From an uncultured Planctomycetaceae bacterium (GTDB lineage Bacteria > Planctomycetota > Planctomycetia > Planctomycetales > Planctomycetaceae): a stretch of 64,000 nt of DNA. Where the stretch lies: NCBI GenBank assembly GCA_963813715.1, contig CAWFAK010000005.1:1248001-1312000 (forward strand), given 5' to 3'. The position numbers were made by a program, and so were the translations under genes. Position 1 is the stretch's first letter, and each line of letters opens with the position of its first letter. The notes beneath the pieces are model-generated. The model was given only the letters and a program-made list of their open reading frames with translations, did not search any database and was not told where the DNA came from. Shown in pieces: positions 1-12,256 of this stretch.

Positions 1-48
1 TCGCATCGAATTCCGGGACGGTCTGGCCGATCGTGCACTTTGGAAGAG

Positions 49-78
49 CACGGTTGAGCAAGCTCAACCGTGGCACCC
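49..78. repeat. REP-like palindrome
   Basis: Perfect 11-bp stem CACGGTTGAGC-AA-GCTCAACCGTG followed by GCACCC (GGGTGC tail on the minus strand); intergenic. Confidence 0.65.
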
Positions 79-136
79 ACTCTGGCGCGGTGGGTCCAGA
101 TCTTCACTTTCCCCTTATATCAAATGAGAGAGACCC

Positions 137-184
137 GTCCCGCCGGGTCCACTTCAGGTTGTCCCGCCGGGTCCACTTGTCCCA
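137..184. repeat. Short direct repeat GTCCCGCCGGGTCCACTT x2 plus a partial third copy
   Basis: Copies at 137-154 and 161-178, then GTCCCA; next to an AT-rich spacer bounded by GGGTC...GACCC. Confidence 0.6.
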
Positions 185-611
185 CCGTGATGAACGCGAG
201 CCGAGTCGCGGCGATTCGACCGGCGAGGAGACCCTAGCTTCCCTCCGCTGATGTTTTTCCGTCCGCGCATGCGGTTTTGATCTTGGGTCTGACGACGGGC
301 AGTGTGCCCTCGATTGCAGCAAGCACCGGATCAGCAAACTTGACGCACCGCGCACGGCGCCGGTCAGTCGTTCGTCACGCCACACACCGAATGTACCCTG
401 CGCGCACCGTTCGCGCAAAATCGCCTCTTTGCCATTGAGCCACAAAATCCCGATTCGACCAAGATCAGTTTGGGGGAATTCTTGACGCGCGACGGCAAAG
501 CTCGTTCTTGCGATGCGCGGCTCGACCCGAGAGACCGACTCTGCTGGCGCCTGCGGCGAAGTCGGCCGCAAGTCAAGGTGCGTCTCTACGTCTCTTCTAA
601 ACGCCTCGCAG

Positions 612-842
612 TTAAGGCCGCGGCCAGTGCATCGGGTGGATCACGTCGCAGGCCAAGAGCAGTCCAAAAACGATGCCCGCGAACAACAGTCCGACGAGGA
701 CGCGTAATCCCGCAGTTTCGCCGAACCAGCGGGCCAAACGCCGGCCCTTTCGCGTGTTCTCAAAGAACCATCGGCGCCGCCAGAGCCCATAGAGACAAAT
801 CAATGCGACCATTCCGCCCATCGCGGTCTGCGAGGAGATCAT
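612..842 (-). CDS. Small hypothetical membrane protein (2 TM)
   Basis: 76-aa ORF with two hydrophobic segments separated by a basic loop; divergent from coaE. Confidence 0.55.
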   Translation of the reverse strand: MISSQTAMGGMVALICLYGLWRRRWFFENTRKGRRLARWFGETAGLRVLVGLLFAGIVFGLLLACDVIHPMHWPRP

Positions 843-970
843 TTCATGAGAATAACAGCCGCGATTTCGCCGGGCGATGTTGGGTGTCCGGGCCCGAGGG
901 ACAAGCCAAATGTCGCGTCGCTTTTTTGCTTCAGTATTTCTTAATGAACGGGACGTCCCGCGCCGGCGAA

Positions 971-1018
971 TTTAATCGTTTATCGTTGACAGGCGCAATA
1001 TGATTGGCGACGATTAAA
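971..1018 (+). promoter_or_regulatory. Putative sigma70 promoter for coaE-rho inside an inverted repeat
   Basis: TTGACA 986-991, 17-nt spacer, weak -10 GACGAT 1009-1014; TTTAATCGT (971-979) / ACGATTAAA (1010-1018). Confidence 0.4.
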
Positions 1019-1145
1019 GGCGCAAGAGCTTTCCTCACCGCATTTCTTTCGTCTGTGTGCGATCGGAACGCACGACGGCAGACTAAAATCGCAACGGATT
1101 GTTGATCACTCGGTTTCTTCATCCCAACCTACCGCCGTTTCGTTC

Positions 1146-1769
1146 GTGTCAGAACGCACGCACATTCCCGTGATTGGAATTGTCGGGGGGATCGGCTCGG
1201 GTAAAAGTTCGGTTGCCCGTTGGGTAGCGGCCCGCCACGACGACGTGTCGCTGATCAATGGCGACCAGGTCGGACATGAAGTCTTGACTGGGGCTGCGGT
1301 GCGGGACGCCGTCCGGAAACGGTTCGGCGAACCTGTGTTCAATGCGGACGGTCAGATCAATCGCCAAGCGCTGGGGCAGGTTGTTTTCGGCACTAGCCGC
1401 GAATGCCAAGCAGCGAAGGACGACTTGGAGCGGATCGTCCATCCTCGAATCCGGGAGATTTTTGCCAACAGAATCGCGGAGGCAGCAGCCGCCGGCAAAC
1501 GCGCGGTGCTGCTCGATGCGGCCGTGCTTTTTGAAGCGGGCTGGAACGATTTATGCCACGCGGTGGTCTTTATCGACGTGCCGCGCAGCGAGCGCCTGGC
1601 CCGACTTCGCGAATTACGCGGTTGGGATGATGCGGAGACCGAACGTCGGGAGTCCAGTCAGGCTTCGTTGGAATCGAAACGAAGCCAATCGCAGTTCGCC
1701 GTGGACAATTCTCGTTCCGTCGATGCCGCTGGCCGTCAACTCGAAGAAATCCTGTTGAAAATGTCGTGA
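1146..1769 (+). CDS. coaE: Dephospho-CoA kinase
   Basis: IGIVGGIGSGKS P-loop, INRQALGQVVF, LERIVHPRI, DAAVLFEAGW. Confidence 0.95.
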   Translation: MSERTHIPVIGIVGGIGSGKSSVARWVAARHDDVSLINGDQVGHEVLTGAAVRDAVRKRFGEPVFNADGQINRQALGQVVFGTSRECQAAKDDLERIVHPRIREIFANRIAEAAAAGKRAVLLDAAVLFEAGWNDLCHAVVFIDVPRSERLARLRELRGWDDAETERRESSQASLESKRSQSQFAVDNSRSVDAAGRQLEEILLKMS

Positions 1770-1927
1770 TGCAAATCTGCGCTGCGTTGCAATCGAATCG
1801 TGCACATTCGTGACGCCCGCTGGGGCGATTTCCCATCAAGAATCGCTCACGCGTTCCCGCCCACTTCGACTTTCCGACTTCACTCCTTGCGAATGTTGAT
1901 TTTCTTGCATTTGAGAAAGATCTCGCC

Positions 1928-3344
<1,417 letters not shown>

Positions 3345-3518
3345 CGGGACCGGCTGTCGGCGGGCGGGACAAATCGGTTATGCCCTTGGCGCGGACCCGT
3401 CGAGGGATTGCCACCAGTCGGGCCGAGTCGGCAGCACCTCGTGGCGCTCCAGGGCAGGCGCTCACTCGTTCCATGATTTCGCCGCGACGTGCTCTGCGAT
3501 CTCCGAAAGACTGGCGAT

Positions 3519-4073
3519 ATGCCCAAGCACCTCGAAGGTGAATTAACCGTTGGTGACGATGCCTTTGCCATCGTCGTCTCTCGGTACAATGAAATGGTGA
3601 CGCGACGGCTGCTCGACGGAGCGCTGGCCACGTTCAAGCACCACGGCGTGCCGGATGAGCGGATCACGGTCGCCTGGGTGCCCGGCGCGTTTGAGATCCC
3701 CCTTGTGGCCGATCGTCTGGCGCGAAGCGGCGGATTCGCTGCCGTCTGTTGCCTGGGGGCCGTTGTGCAAGGGGAAACGAGCCATCACGAATACATCAAT
3801 CACCAGGTGTCCCGAGCCATCATGGAGACGACGGTTGCCAGCGGAGTTCCAGTTCTGTTCGGCGTGCTGACTTGCCCGACGATGGAGTTGGCGATGCAGC
3901 GAGCCGGCGGGACGGGCGGCAACAAGGGGAGCGAGACGGCGCTCGCGGCGATGGAAATGGCCAACCTGCTGAAGAAGATTCCCCACGGGCAGCCCGGGAT
4001 TGAATCGGGCCGGATTGGATCGGGACCGCATTTGATTGGGCCGAATTTGATTGGGCGAAGTGTGACGCGATGA
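3519..4073 (+). CDS. ribH: 6,7-dimethyl-8-ribityllumazine synthase
   Basis: [38 protein letters not shown]; overlaps nusB. Confidence 0.95.
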   Translation: MPKHLEGELTVGDDAFAIVVSRYNEMVTRRLLDGALATFKHHGVPDERITVAWVPGAFEIPLVADRLARSGGFAAVCCLGAVVQGETSHHEYINHQVSRAIMETTVASGVPVLFGVLTCPTMELAMQRAGGTGGNKGSETALAAMEMANLLKKIPHGQPGIESGRIGSGPHLIGPNLIGRSVTR

Positions 4074-4510
4074 CGCGACGCAGCAAGGCACGCGAGGTCG
4101 TGCTGCAGATGCTTTATCAGATCGACGTCAATCCGGACGTCGCAGCGGCAGCCGTGCGCGAAATGATCTACGAGCAGCTCCCCGACGAAGACCTGCGGTC
4201 ATTCGCCTGGTCTCTGTTCGCCGGGGTCCGTGAAAGCCGTGGCCAGCTCGACGCGCTGATCAGCACCGCGGCGGAGAACTGGACGCTGGCCCGGATGGCG
4301 CCGACCGATCGCAACGCGCTACGGCTGGGTGCCTATGAATTGCTCTTTACCGACACGCCGCACCGCGTCGTGATCGACGAAACGATCGAGCTGGCCCGGC
4401 GTTTCGGAGCGGCCCAGTCCCCGCAATTCGTGAACGGGATCCTCGATCGGCTGATTCCGCCGGAAAAACGTGACAGCCAGCCCGCGCAACCCGACGAGCC
4501 TTCCGAGTAG
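4070..4510 (+). CDS. nusB: Transcription antitermination factor NusB
   Basis: RSKAREVVLQMLYQ, DRNALRLG, VVIDETIELARRFG, FVNGILD. Confidence 0.95.
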   Translation: MTRRSKAREVVLQMLYQIDVNPDVAAAAVREMIYEQLPDEDLRSFAWSLFAGVRESRGQLDALISTAAENWTLARMAPTDRNALRLGAYELLFTDTPHRVVIDETIELARRFGAAQSPQFVNGILDRLIPPEKRDSQPAQPDEPSE

Positions 4511-4656
4511 CTAGCCGGGGCCGTGCCGGTTGAACTGTGCTCGTCGCCAATTTCACGGTCGCCGGCGCGTGATATCCCGCCGCGTTTCACGCCTCAACAC
4601 TTGGGAAAAGACGCGGTTCCGACGATGACCCGCGTCCCTCGGAAAGGCGGAAACTC

Positions 4657-6481
4657 ATGTCTCTCTCCATGTTCGAGACGGAAACCGAGATGACACACGG
4701 GGGGCGACTTTGCCTACGGCTCGCCACGCCCGCGGATCGTCCGGCGATTTACCGAATGCGGCACGACGTCTACGCGATCGAGCTGGGCCAGCACGCCGAG
4801 AACGCACAAAGGACGCTCTCGGACCCGCTCGATGACTTCAACGTCTACATGGTCGCGGCAGAGGCGGGGGCAATCGTCGGCTTTGTCAGCATCACGCCGC
4901 CCGGCCATGGCCGCTACTCCGTCGATAAGTATTTGGCCAGAGCTGAATTCCCCGTGCCTGTCGACGATGGGTTGTACGAGGTCCGGCTGCTGACCGTGGC
5001 CCGGTCGCACCGCAAGAGTTCAGCGACGCCGCTGCTCATGCACGCGGCCCTGCGTTGGATTGATGAACAAGGCGGGCGAACGGTGATTGCCATCGGTCGT
5101 CGTGAAGTGCTGGGACTTTACCAAAAGGCGGGCTTTGTGACGGCGGGCCGGACCATCCAGTCGGGGGCCGTGCGTTACGAGCTGATGAGCACGCCCATCG
5201 AGCGGGCGCGCTGCTCGGCCGCCTCGTTCAGCGAACTAATTCGGAAGCTGGTCGCGGCCGCCGATTGGCAACTCGATTTTTCGCCGTTCGGCGGCGAGCC
5301 GTGCCAGCATGGCGGACAGTTTTTTGCGCGATCGGAGAAGACTTCAAGACACTCGAGAGCGCCGCGAGATCATCAATGCCGACGTGCTCGACGCGTGGTT
5401 TCCGCCGGCTCCGCAAGTCCTGGCCGACGTCCGCGTCCATCTCGATTGGAGCATGCGAACGTCGCCTCCGACGCACTGCGAAGGGCTCGTGCAAGCCATT
5501 GCACAGGCGCGGCGAGTCCCTGCGTTTTGTCTCGCCCCCGCCGCGGGGTCTTCCGCGCTGATCTATTTGGCCTTTCGCGAGTGGCTGGATGCGACGTCGC
5601 GCGTGTTGTTGCTCGATCCGACCTATGGCGAATATCGGCATGTCCTCGAGCAGATTGTCGGCTGTCGCGTTGATCGACTCCCTCTGCGCCCCGATCGGGC
5701 CTACACGGTCGATGTCCAGCAATTGGAAGACCGCTGCGCGGCAGCGTATGACCTGGTGGTGCTCGTGAATCCGAACAATCCGACCGGTCGGCACATCCCC
5801 AGAACCGACTTGGAAGCAATGCTCAGTCGTGCTCCCGCGCGCACGCGATTCTGGATCGACGAAGCCTACGTCGACTACGTCGGCCCCGACGAATCGCTCG
5901 AACGGTTTGCCGCCCGAAGCGAAAACACGGTCGTGTGCAAAACGCTGTCGAAGGGTTACGCCCTGAGCGGAATGCGCGCCGCCTATCTATGCGGTCCGGA
6001 ACCAATCGCTCAGGCGATTCGCCGAATCACGCCTCCTTGGTCGATCGGCCTGCCCAGCCAGATTGCCGCCGTCCGAGCACTGGAGAATCCGGGCTACTAT
6101 CAACAGAAGTACCGAGACACCGCCCGCCTAAGGATGGATTTGACAGCCCGGCTCGCCAAGCTGGGCGTGGACGTCGTTCCGGGCTCGGCCAATTTTCTCC
6201 TTTGCCATCTTTCCGCATCGGGTCCGGATGCCGGCACACTCATCCGCGGCTGCCAGTCGGCCGGGCTTTTCCTACGGGACGTCCGCAGCATGGGGACGGG
6301 CTTCGGCACGCAAACGTTCCGCATCGCCGTGAAGGCCGCCGCCACGAATGAACGGGCGGTCGAAATTATGCGGCGTCAGCTGGGTATTTCGGCAGACCCG
6401 AGGGGCGGCCGAAGGCCAAGGTGGAAAAGAGCCATCCGGCGGGGGGCCAACGACCCACATTCTGGTCCCCCCTTGCGGTAA
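4657..6481 (+). CDS. GNAT/N-acyl synthase-like domain fused to a class I/II PLP enzyme (HisC/CobD-like); frameshifts near 5325-5360
   Basis: N-term RLAT..R.AIYRMRHDVYAIELGQ, YEVRLLTVARSHR, LYQKAGF; junction HGGQFF/AIGEDF/REIINADV read across frames; C-term LVNPNNPTG, IDEAY, KTLSKGYALSGMR. Confidence 0.8.
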
Positions 6482-6581
6482 CTTCCGGCGGATGCAATAG
6501 TTCGATGAGGCGGCCGCCGATGGCGTTTTTCGTGTTCGGCCGTCCCCTGCTGCGCCGCATGGCGGCAATGAGTGCCGAGGA

Positions 6582-7811
6582 ATGACCGTCCCACTGATCG
6601 CCGACGCCGATCAATTCGCCGAGCTTTGCCAGCATATCCGCGAAGCTGGAATCGTTGCGTTCGACACGGAATTCATCTCCGAACACACCTATCACCCGCA
6701 CCTCTGCCTGCTGCAATTTGCCACAGCCGAGCGGCTGGCTGCCGTTGATCCGCTCGCCGTCAAGGATCTGTCGGCGTGGTGGGCGCTGATGGTGGACGAA
6801 GAGACCACCGTGATTTCGCACGGCGGTCAGGCGGAGATCCGTTTTTGCCTGCACTTTGCCGGTCGGCCGCCGCGCAACTTCGTCGACGTGCAACTGGCCG
6901 AAGGGCTGCGGAGCCGCAGTTACCCCCTCGGCTATGCGACTCTTGTCAGTCGCGTTCTCGACAAGCGAATTCACGGCAAAGAAACGCGGACGAATTGGGA
7001 TCATCGGCCGCTGACCAAAGCTCAGATTCAATACGCACTGGAAGACGTGAAGTACGTGCTGGCGATCTGGGAAAAACAACGGGCTTCGCTATCTCGACTC
7101 GGGCGCCTCGAATGGGTGCATGCCGAGTTTCGGCGGATGGTGGATGAGATTGCCGCGGAGCACGTTCGCGAAGCCTGGCACCGCCTGCCCAAGCTGCACA
7201 AGTTGTCGCCGCGGGAAATGGCCGTCGTCCGCGAATTGTCGCTGTGGCGGGAAGCAGAAGCCGTGCAACGGAACCGTCCGCCACGGCGGATTCTGCGAGA
7301 TGATCTGATCCTCGAGCTGGCCCGGCGGCAGCCCAAAACCATCGACGATCTGTTCGCCACCCGCGACATGAACCGGAGCGATCTCCGCCGCTCGGGCCCG
7401 CAGATTCTGGCCGGAGTCGAACGGGCGCTGGCAATTCCCGAAGACGAGCTGCCTCCCCCGCCGCGGCCGGCCGGGCTGGAAGTCGATTCGGATGAGCACG
7501 TCGTCGGCCAGCTCTTGGGAATCGCGCTGATGAATCAGTGCACCGCCCAGAACGTCGCGAAAACGCTCGTCGGCACCTCGGCCGACCTGCGTGATCTCGT
7601 CCGCTGGCATCAATCGGGCGGCAAGGGACAACCCCCGCGCATCCTGCAGGGTTGGCGGGCGGAAGTCTGCGGCGAGCTTCTGCGTGACGTGCTCAACGGG
7701 CGGATCGCTCTCCGCGTCGCTGACAGCAATTCCGATCATCCCCTCGTCTTCGAGCGGTCCGACAAGCCTCCGACCGAGCACGCGGAGCGCAGCTCGGCGC
7801 GGCGGCATTGA
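6582..7811 (+). CDS. rnd: Ribonuclease D (3'-5' exonuclease + HRDC)
   Basis: AFDTEF, LCLLQFA, NWDHRPLTKAQIQYALEDV, HRDC region WREAEAVQRNRPPRRILRD. Confidence 0.92.
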   Translation: MTVPLIADADQFAELCQHIREAGIVAFDTEFISEHTYHPHLCLLQFATAERLAAVDPLAVKDLSAWWALMVDEETTVISHGGQAEIRFCLHFAGRPPRNFVDVQLAEGLRSRSYPLGYATLVSRVLDKRIHGKETRTNWDHRPLTKAQIQYALEDVKYVLAIWEKQRASLSRLGRLEWVHAEFRRMVDEIAAEHVREAWHRLPKLHKLSPREMAVVRELSLWREAEAVQRNRPPRRILRDDLILELARRQPKTIDDLFATRDMNRSDLRRSGPQILAGVERALAIPEDELPPPPRPAGLEVDSDEHVVGQLLGIALMNQCTAQNVAKTLVGTSADLRDLVRWHQSGGKGQPPRILQGWRAEVCGELLRDVLNGRIALRVADSNSDHPLVFERSDKPPTEHAERSSARRH

Positions 7812-7866
7812 GCGAGTGGGCAGCCGCGCCCAACCGTCCGACATTTCTTCGCACGACTCCTTTCGC

Positions 7867-9131
7867 ATGGCCGCTCCGCTTCAACTGCCGATCATCCAGA
7901 ATTGGAGTTGCCACAATTGCGGCGGCTGTTGCCGGCAGCATCTCATTGAAATCACGGCGGAGGAACGGCAACGGATCGTCGACCAGAAATGGACGGCGGC
8001 CGATGGAATCCCCGCAGACCCGGCGCCGGTCGTCTGGTTCGCCGGACCGCCTTGGAAGAAACGCTATCGCCTGGCCCATCGGCCCGACGGCGCCTGCGTT
8101 TTCTTGAACGAGCAGGGACTGTGCCGGATTCATGCGAAGTTCGGCGAGCAGGCCAAGCCGCTGCCTTGCCAGCTCTATCCGTACGCCTTTCATCCGGGCG
8201 GCCGCAAGGTCGCGGTGAGCCTGCGATTCAGTTGCCCGTCGGTCGTCGCCAACCGGGGGACGCCGGTGGGCAAGCAATTGGACGCGCTGAAATCGCTCGC
8301 CGCCCAGGTCGTGCCGGCACACGCCGACGCGAATCGAGCCGCCTCGAATCTCGCCGCGCACCCGAGTCGACTGGTCCGACTTCGCACGCTTCGTGCAGGC
8401 GATCGACGATGTGCTTGCCGAGGAAGGGACGCCGTTGACCGCGCGTCTGCTGCAGGCCGTCGCACTCGTGCGGACGATTAATGAGGCCAAGTTCGCCGCC
8501 CTCCGGGGCAGCCGGCTGGTCGAGTTCTTGGAATTAATATCCGGAGCGACTCGCTCGGAGCCCGGCGCGGAAAAAACGGAGCCGCCCAGCCGGGCCGGAC
8601 GGCTGCAATTTCGCATGCTGGCTGCCCACTACGCACGACGTGACACCTTCGAGGATGCCGCCCGAGGTTGGCGCGGCCGAGTGCAGCTCTTTCGAGCAGC
8701 GCTGACCTTCGCTCGTGGCAGCGGCACCGCGACTCCTTTGCAGCCTGCGTTCCGAAAAGTTGCCTTTGCAGCACTCGAGGAACCGTTCGGCGGACTCAGT
8801 CCCGAAACCGACGCGATGCTCACGCGGTATTTCCGCGTCAAGGTGCAGGGGCTGCACTTTTGCGGGCCGGCCTACTACGACGTGCCGCTGGTGGAAGGGT
8901 TTCTACAGCCTCGCGATTGTTTACCCGGTCGTCATGTGGCTGGCCCGCTGGCTGGCGGCCAGCGATTCGCGCAATAAGCTGGTGACCGACGACGTGGCCC
9001 GCGCGCTGGCGATCGCCGATCACCATCACGGTTATTCGCCTGTGTTGGGAAGCCGCTCGTCGCGACGACGGATCCGCCTCTTGACCCACGACGACGATCT
9101 GGAACGGCTGATCGTCTGGTACTCGCGTTAG
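7867..9131 (+). CDS. YkgJ-family Cys-cluster / FliB-like protein (2 frameshifts)
   Basis: WSCHNCGGCC, GACVFL, CRIH, KPLPCQLYPY, SLRFSCPS; continues through ORFs 8393.. and 8715..9131. Confidence 0.8.
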
Positions 9132-9241
9132 TGCTGCGAGCACTCCAGTGACGCGACGAATCTATAAAGTTTCCCGACGATTTACGCCGCGGCACCACTA
9201 CAGCTGGATGGAAAGCGCTCTAGAATAGTCGGCAACCGAAC

Positions 9242-9733
9242 ATGGAATACGAGCCGTTCGCCAATCCGTTGCAACCGCACGAGCGCTGGATGCAAGCCGC
9301 GCTGGGCGAGGCACGTTCCGCCTTCGAAGCGGGCGAGGTGCCGATTGGGGCCGTCATCGTCCACGAGGATCGGGTGATCGCGGCCGCCGGGAACCAACGC
9401 GAGAGCCTCAACGACCCAACCGCTCATGCCGAGATGATCGCAATCACGCAGGCCGCGCAAACGCTCGGCTCCTGGCGCCTGCTCGACTGCACGCTCTATG
9501 TCACGCTCGAACCGTGTCCGATGTGCGCGGGGGCGATCGTTCAGGCCCGGCTGCCGCGAGTCTATTATGGAGCCACCGACCCCAAGGCTGGTGCCTGTCA
9601 CACGCTCTTTGAGTTGACCAGTGACATTCGGCTCAATCATCAGGCGATGGTGATTGGCGGCGTGCTCAAGGAAGAATCGCGAGCACTGCTGCAAGAATTC
9701 TTCGCCCAACAACGTAAGCTCGGCAAGAAATAG
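9242..9733 (+). CDS. tadA: tRNA adenosine(34) deaminase
   Basis: [27 protein letters not shown]. Confidence 0.95.
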   Translation: MEYEPFANPLQPHERWMQAALGEARSAFEAGEVPIGAVIVHEDRVIAAAGNQRESLNDPTAHAEMIAITQAAQTLGSWRLLDCTLYVTLEPCPMCAGAIVQARLPRVYYGATDPKAGACHTLFELTSDIRLNHQAMVIGGVLKEESRALLQEFFAQQRKLGKK

Positions 9734-11242
9734 ATGGCTGAAGCCTGTTATCTGGGAGTCGACCTGGGAGCCGAAAGCGGCCGCGTGATGGCCGGACTGT
9801 TCGACGGCCGCCGCGTGCGGCTCGAGCAGATTCATCGTTTCCCCAACGGTGGCGTGTCACTCGGCACGACCTTGCGTTGGGACGTGCTGCGGCTCTGGTC
9901 GGAAATTCAAGACGGCTTGAGCCGGGCGGCGAGCAAATTCGGCGACGACATCGTGTCGGTGGGCGTCGATACCTGGGGCGTCGACTATGTTCTCTTATCG
10001 CGAAACGGCGAGATCGTCGCTCAGCCGTTCCACTATCGCGATTCGCGAACGGACGGCGCCCTGGCGCACGCCTTCGGCCGAGTGCCCAAACGGGAAATTT
10101 TCGCCCAGACCGGCCTGCAGTTCATGGAGTTCAACACGCTCTTTCAGTTGCTCGCCTTTCAGCGGTCCAATCCCGAGTTGTTGGCCGCCGCCGATCGCCT
10201 GCTCTTGATGCCCGACTTTTTTCACTGGTGTCTTTGCGGCAGCCGCGTGATCGAATTCACCAATGCCACGACCACGCAATGCTTCCACGCGATCGACCAT
10301 CGCTGGGCCTTCGATCTGCTCGCGCGATTCGGCCTGCCTACGGCGATCTTTCCCGACGTCGTTCCACCCGGCACGCAGCTCGGCAAACTCCGCGACGGTC
10401 TCGCCGCCCGCACCGGGCTCAAGCGGATCGAAGTCGTCGCTCCGGCAACGCACGATACGGGAGCAGCTGTCGCCGCCGTCCCCACGCAGTCGACCGGCAC
10501 GCCAAATTGGGCGTACATCAGCTCGGGCACCTGGTCGCTGTTGGGGGTCGAGGTGCAACAGGCGGTGCTGAGCGAGCGGGCCCTCGAGCTCAACGTCACC
10601 AACGAGGGGGGCATCGATCGCACCTACCGCTTGCTCAAGAACATCATGGGTCTGTGGCTCGTGCAGGAATGCAAGCGATCCTTCGAGCGGCGTGGGAAGA
10701 GCTACGACTATGCCGAGCTCACTCGGCTGGCCGGTCAGGCGCGCCCGTTGCGATCGCTGGTGAATCCCGACGATCGCGCCTTTCTCAAACCGGACGATAT
10801 GGCCTCCGCCCTGCAAAAGTGGTGCGGCGACTTCGGCGAACCAATCCCACAGGACGAGGGCGCGCTGATCCGCTGTGCGCTCGAGAGCCTGGCGTTCCGA
10901 TATCGCATGGTGCTCGAGTGGCTCGAAGAACTGACTGGCACACGCATCGAGGTGTTGCACATCGTCGGTGGCGGCTGTCAGAACGAGTCGCTCAACCAAT
11001 TGACGGCTGACGCATGCGGCCGTCCGGTCATCGCGGGTCCGGTCGAAGCCACCGTTCTGGGCAACGTCCTGATTCAGGCTCGCACGCGAGGCGAACTGAA
11101 GAGCCTCGCCGACCTGCGCCAGGTCGTGCGTGAATCAAGCGTACTCAAAACTTACGAGCCTCGTGCGACGGCAGCCTGGAACGACGCCTATCCCCGCTTC
11201 ATCGATCTCGTCGCTCGATCAGCTCGAAACGCGGCAGTTTGA
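9734..11242 (+). CDS. rhaB: Rhamnulokinase-family FGGY kinase
   Basis: [52 protein letters not shown]. Confidence 0.9.
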   Translation: MAEACYLGVDLGAESGRVMAGLFDGRRVRLEQIHRFPNGGVSLGTTLRWDVLRLWSEIQDGLSRAASKFGDDIVSVGVDTWGVDYVLLSRNGEIVAQPFHYRDSRTDGALAHAFGRVPKREIFAQTGLQFMEFNTLFQLLAFQRSNPELLAAADRLLLMPDFFHWCLCGSRVIEFTNATTTQCFHAIDHRWAFDLLARFGLPTAIFPDVVPPGTQLGKLRDGLAARTGLKRIEVVAPATHDTGAAVAAVPTQSTGTPNWAYISSGTWSLLGVEVQQAVLSERALELNVTNEGGIDRTYRLLKNIMGLWLVQECKRSFERRGKSYDYAELTRLAGQARPLRSLVNPDDRAFLKPDDMASALQKWCGDFGEPIPQDEGALIRCALESLAFRYRMVLEWLEELTGTRIEVLHIVGGGCQNESLNQLTADACGRPVIAGPVEATVLGNVLIQARTRGELKSLADLRQVVRESSVLKTYEPRATAAWNDAYPRFIDLVARSARNAAV

Positions 11243-11300
11243 GCGCGCGTCCGAGAGTTTGAACCGCCCTCCTACCCCCCACCGCTCAGGAACCCGCCCG

Positions 11301-12038
11301 GTGTTCGATGCGACCACCGTCCATGTCATCTTCGTCATCTTCTTCGCGACGCTGATTCGCTCGTCGTTCGGATTCGGCGAGGCGCTGATTGCCGTTCCTC
11401 TCCTGTCACTGCGTCTGCCGGTCGCCGTCGCTGCTCCCCTCGCCGTAGCCGTATCAGTCATCATCGCCGGCGTCATCGTGGCGCAAGACTGGCGTAAGAT
11501 CGAAATGCGCAGTGCGGCCGGACTGGTGCTTGCTGCCTTTTTGGGAATTCCGCTGGGTCTCCTGCTGCTGACGCGAGTCGACGATCACCTCGTCAAATTG
11601 CTCCTGGGCGTCGTCATCGCCGGATTTTCGCTGTACTCGCTGACGGCTCGACTCAAGCTGCACCTGGAACATGACCATCGCTGGTGGCTTTTGGGCTGCG
11701 GATTTTTTTCGGGAATTCTGGGCGGGGCGTACGGCATGAATGCTCCGCCGCTGGTGATTTATGGGTCGCTGCGACGCTGGTCCCCGCAGCACTTTCGCGC
11801 CACCCTCCAGGGCTACTTCTTGCCGGCCAGCCTTTTGGGACTGATCGGTTATTGGGCCGTCGGGCTCTGGGTGCCCGAAGTCACAGGCTATTTGCTGCGC
11901 TCCCTGCCGGGCGTGCTCGTGGCGATCGTGATGGGGCGGGCCATCAACCATCGTCTCAGCGGCCATCAGTTTTTTCGCTACGTCTATCTGGGCCTGCTTG
12001 TAATCGGCGCTGCCTTGGTGATCCAGGCGGTTTACTAA
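11301..12038 (+). CDS. TauE/SafE-family membrane protein
   Basis: FGFGEALIAVPLL and GFFSGILGGAYGMNAPP motifs, ~8 TM. Confidence 0.85.
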   Translation: MFDATTVHVIFVIFFATLIRSSFGFGEALIAVPLLSLRLPVAVAAPLAVAVSVIIAGVIVAQDWRKIEMRSAAGLVLAAFLGIPLGLLLLTRVDDHLVKLLLGVVIAGFSLYSLTARLKLHLEHDHRWWLLGCGFFSGILGGAYGMNAPPLVIYGSLRRWSPQHFRATLQGYFLPASLLGLIGYWAVGLWVPEVTGYLLRSLPGVLVAIVMGRAINHRLSGHQFFRYVYLGLLVIGAALVIQAVY

Positions 12039-12256
12039 GTGCGAGTCTCTTCCTGTGAATCCGAAATTTGCGCGATCTTTCCTGCCGGCATCGGGGTTTG
12101 ATTAGTGGCCAATTTCCGACCAAAGCCTGGTTTTGGGCCCCGCCAGGCGGGTAGGGGCCGGGGTTTACCCTAATTGACGGGTAATCAGCGCCGTCCCATA
12201 CTCAGATTCGCGCTTTAAACCATCTCCGTTCCGTTCTGTTCCTCCGGGACGAGCGC

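Noticed and set aside
104..571. 155-aa minus-strand ORF
   Set aside because: Runs through the repeat elements and has no coding signature
3345..3518. FMN riboswitch upstream of ribH
   Set aside because: Only AGGGCAGG matches; the following GTGAAATTCCC/ACCGG core is missing
3998..4058. Degenerate ~15-bp tandem repeats extending the RibH C-terminus
   Set aside because: Small slippage-type expansion with no evident function
12121..12190. SRP RNA or other ncRNA upstream of the kinase
   Set aside because: Two short hairpins only; the SRP domain IV motif is absent
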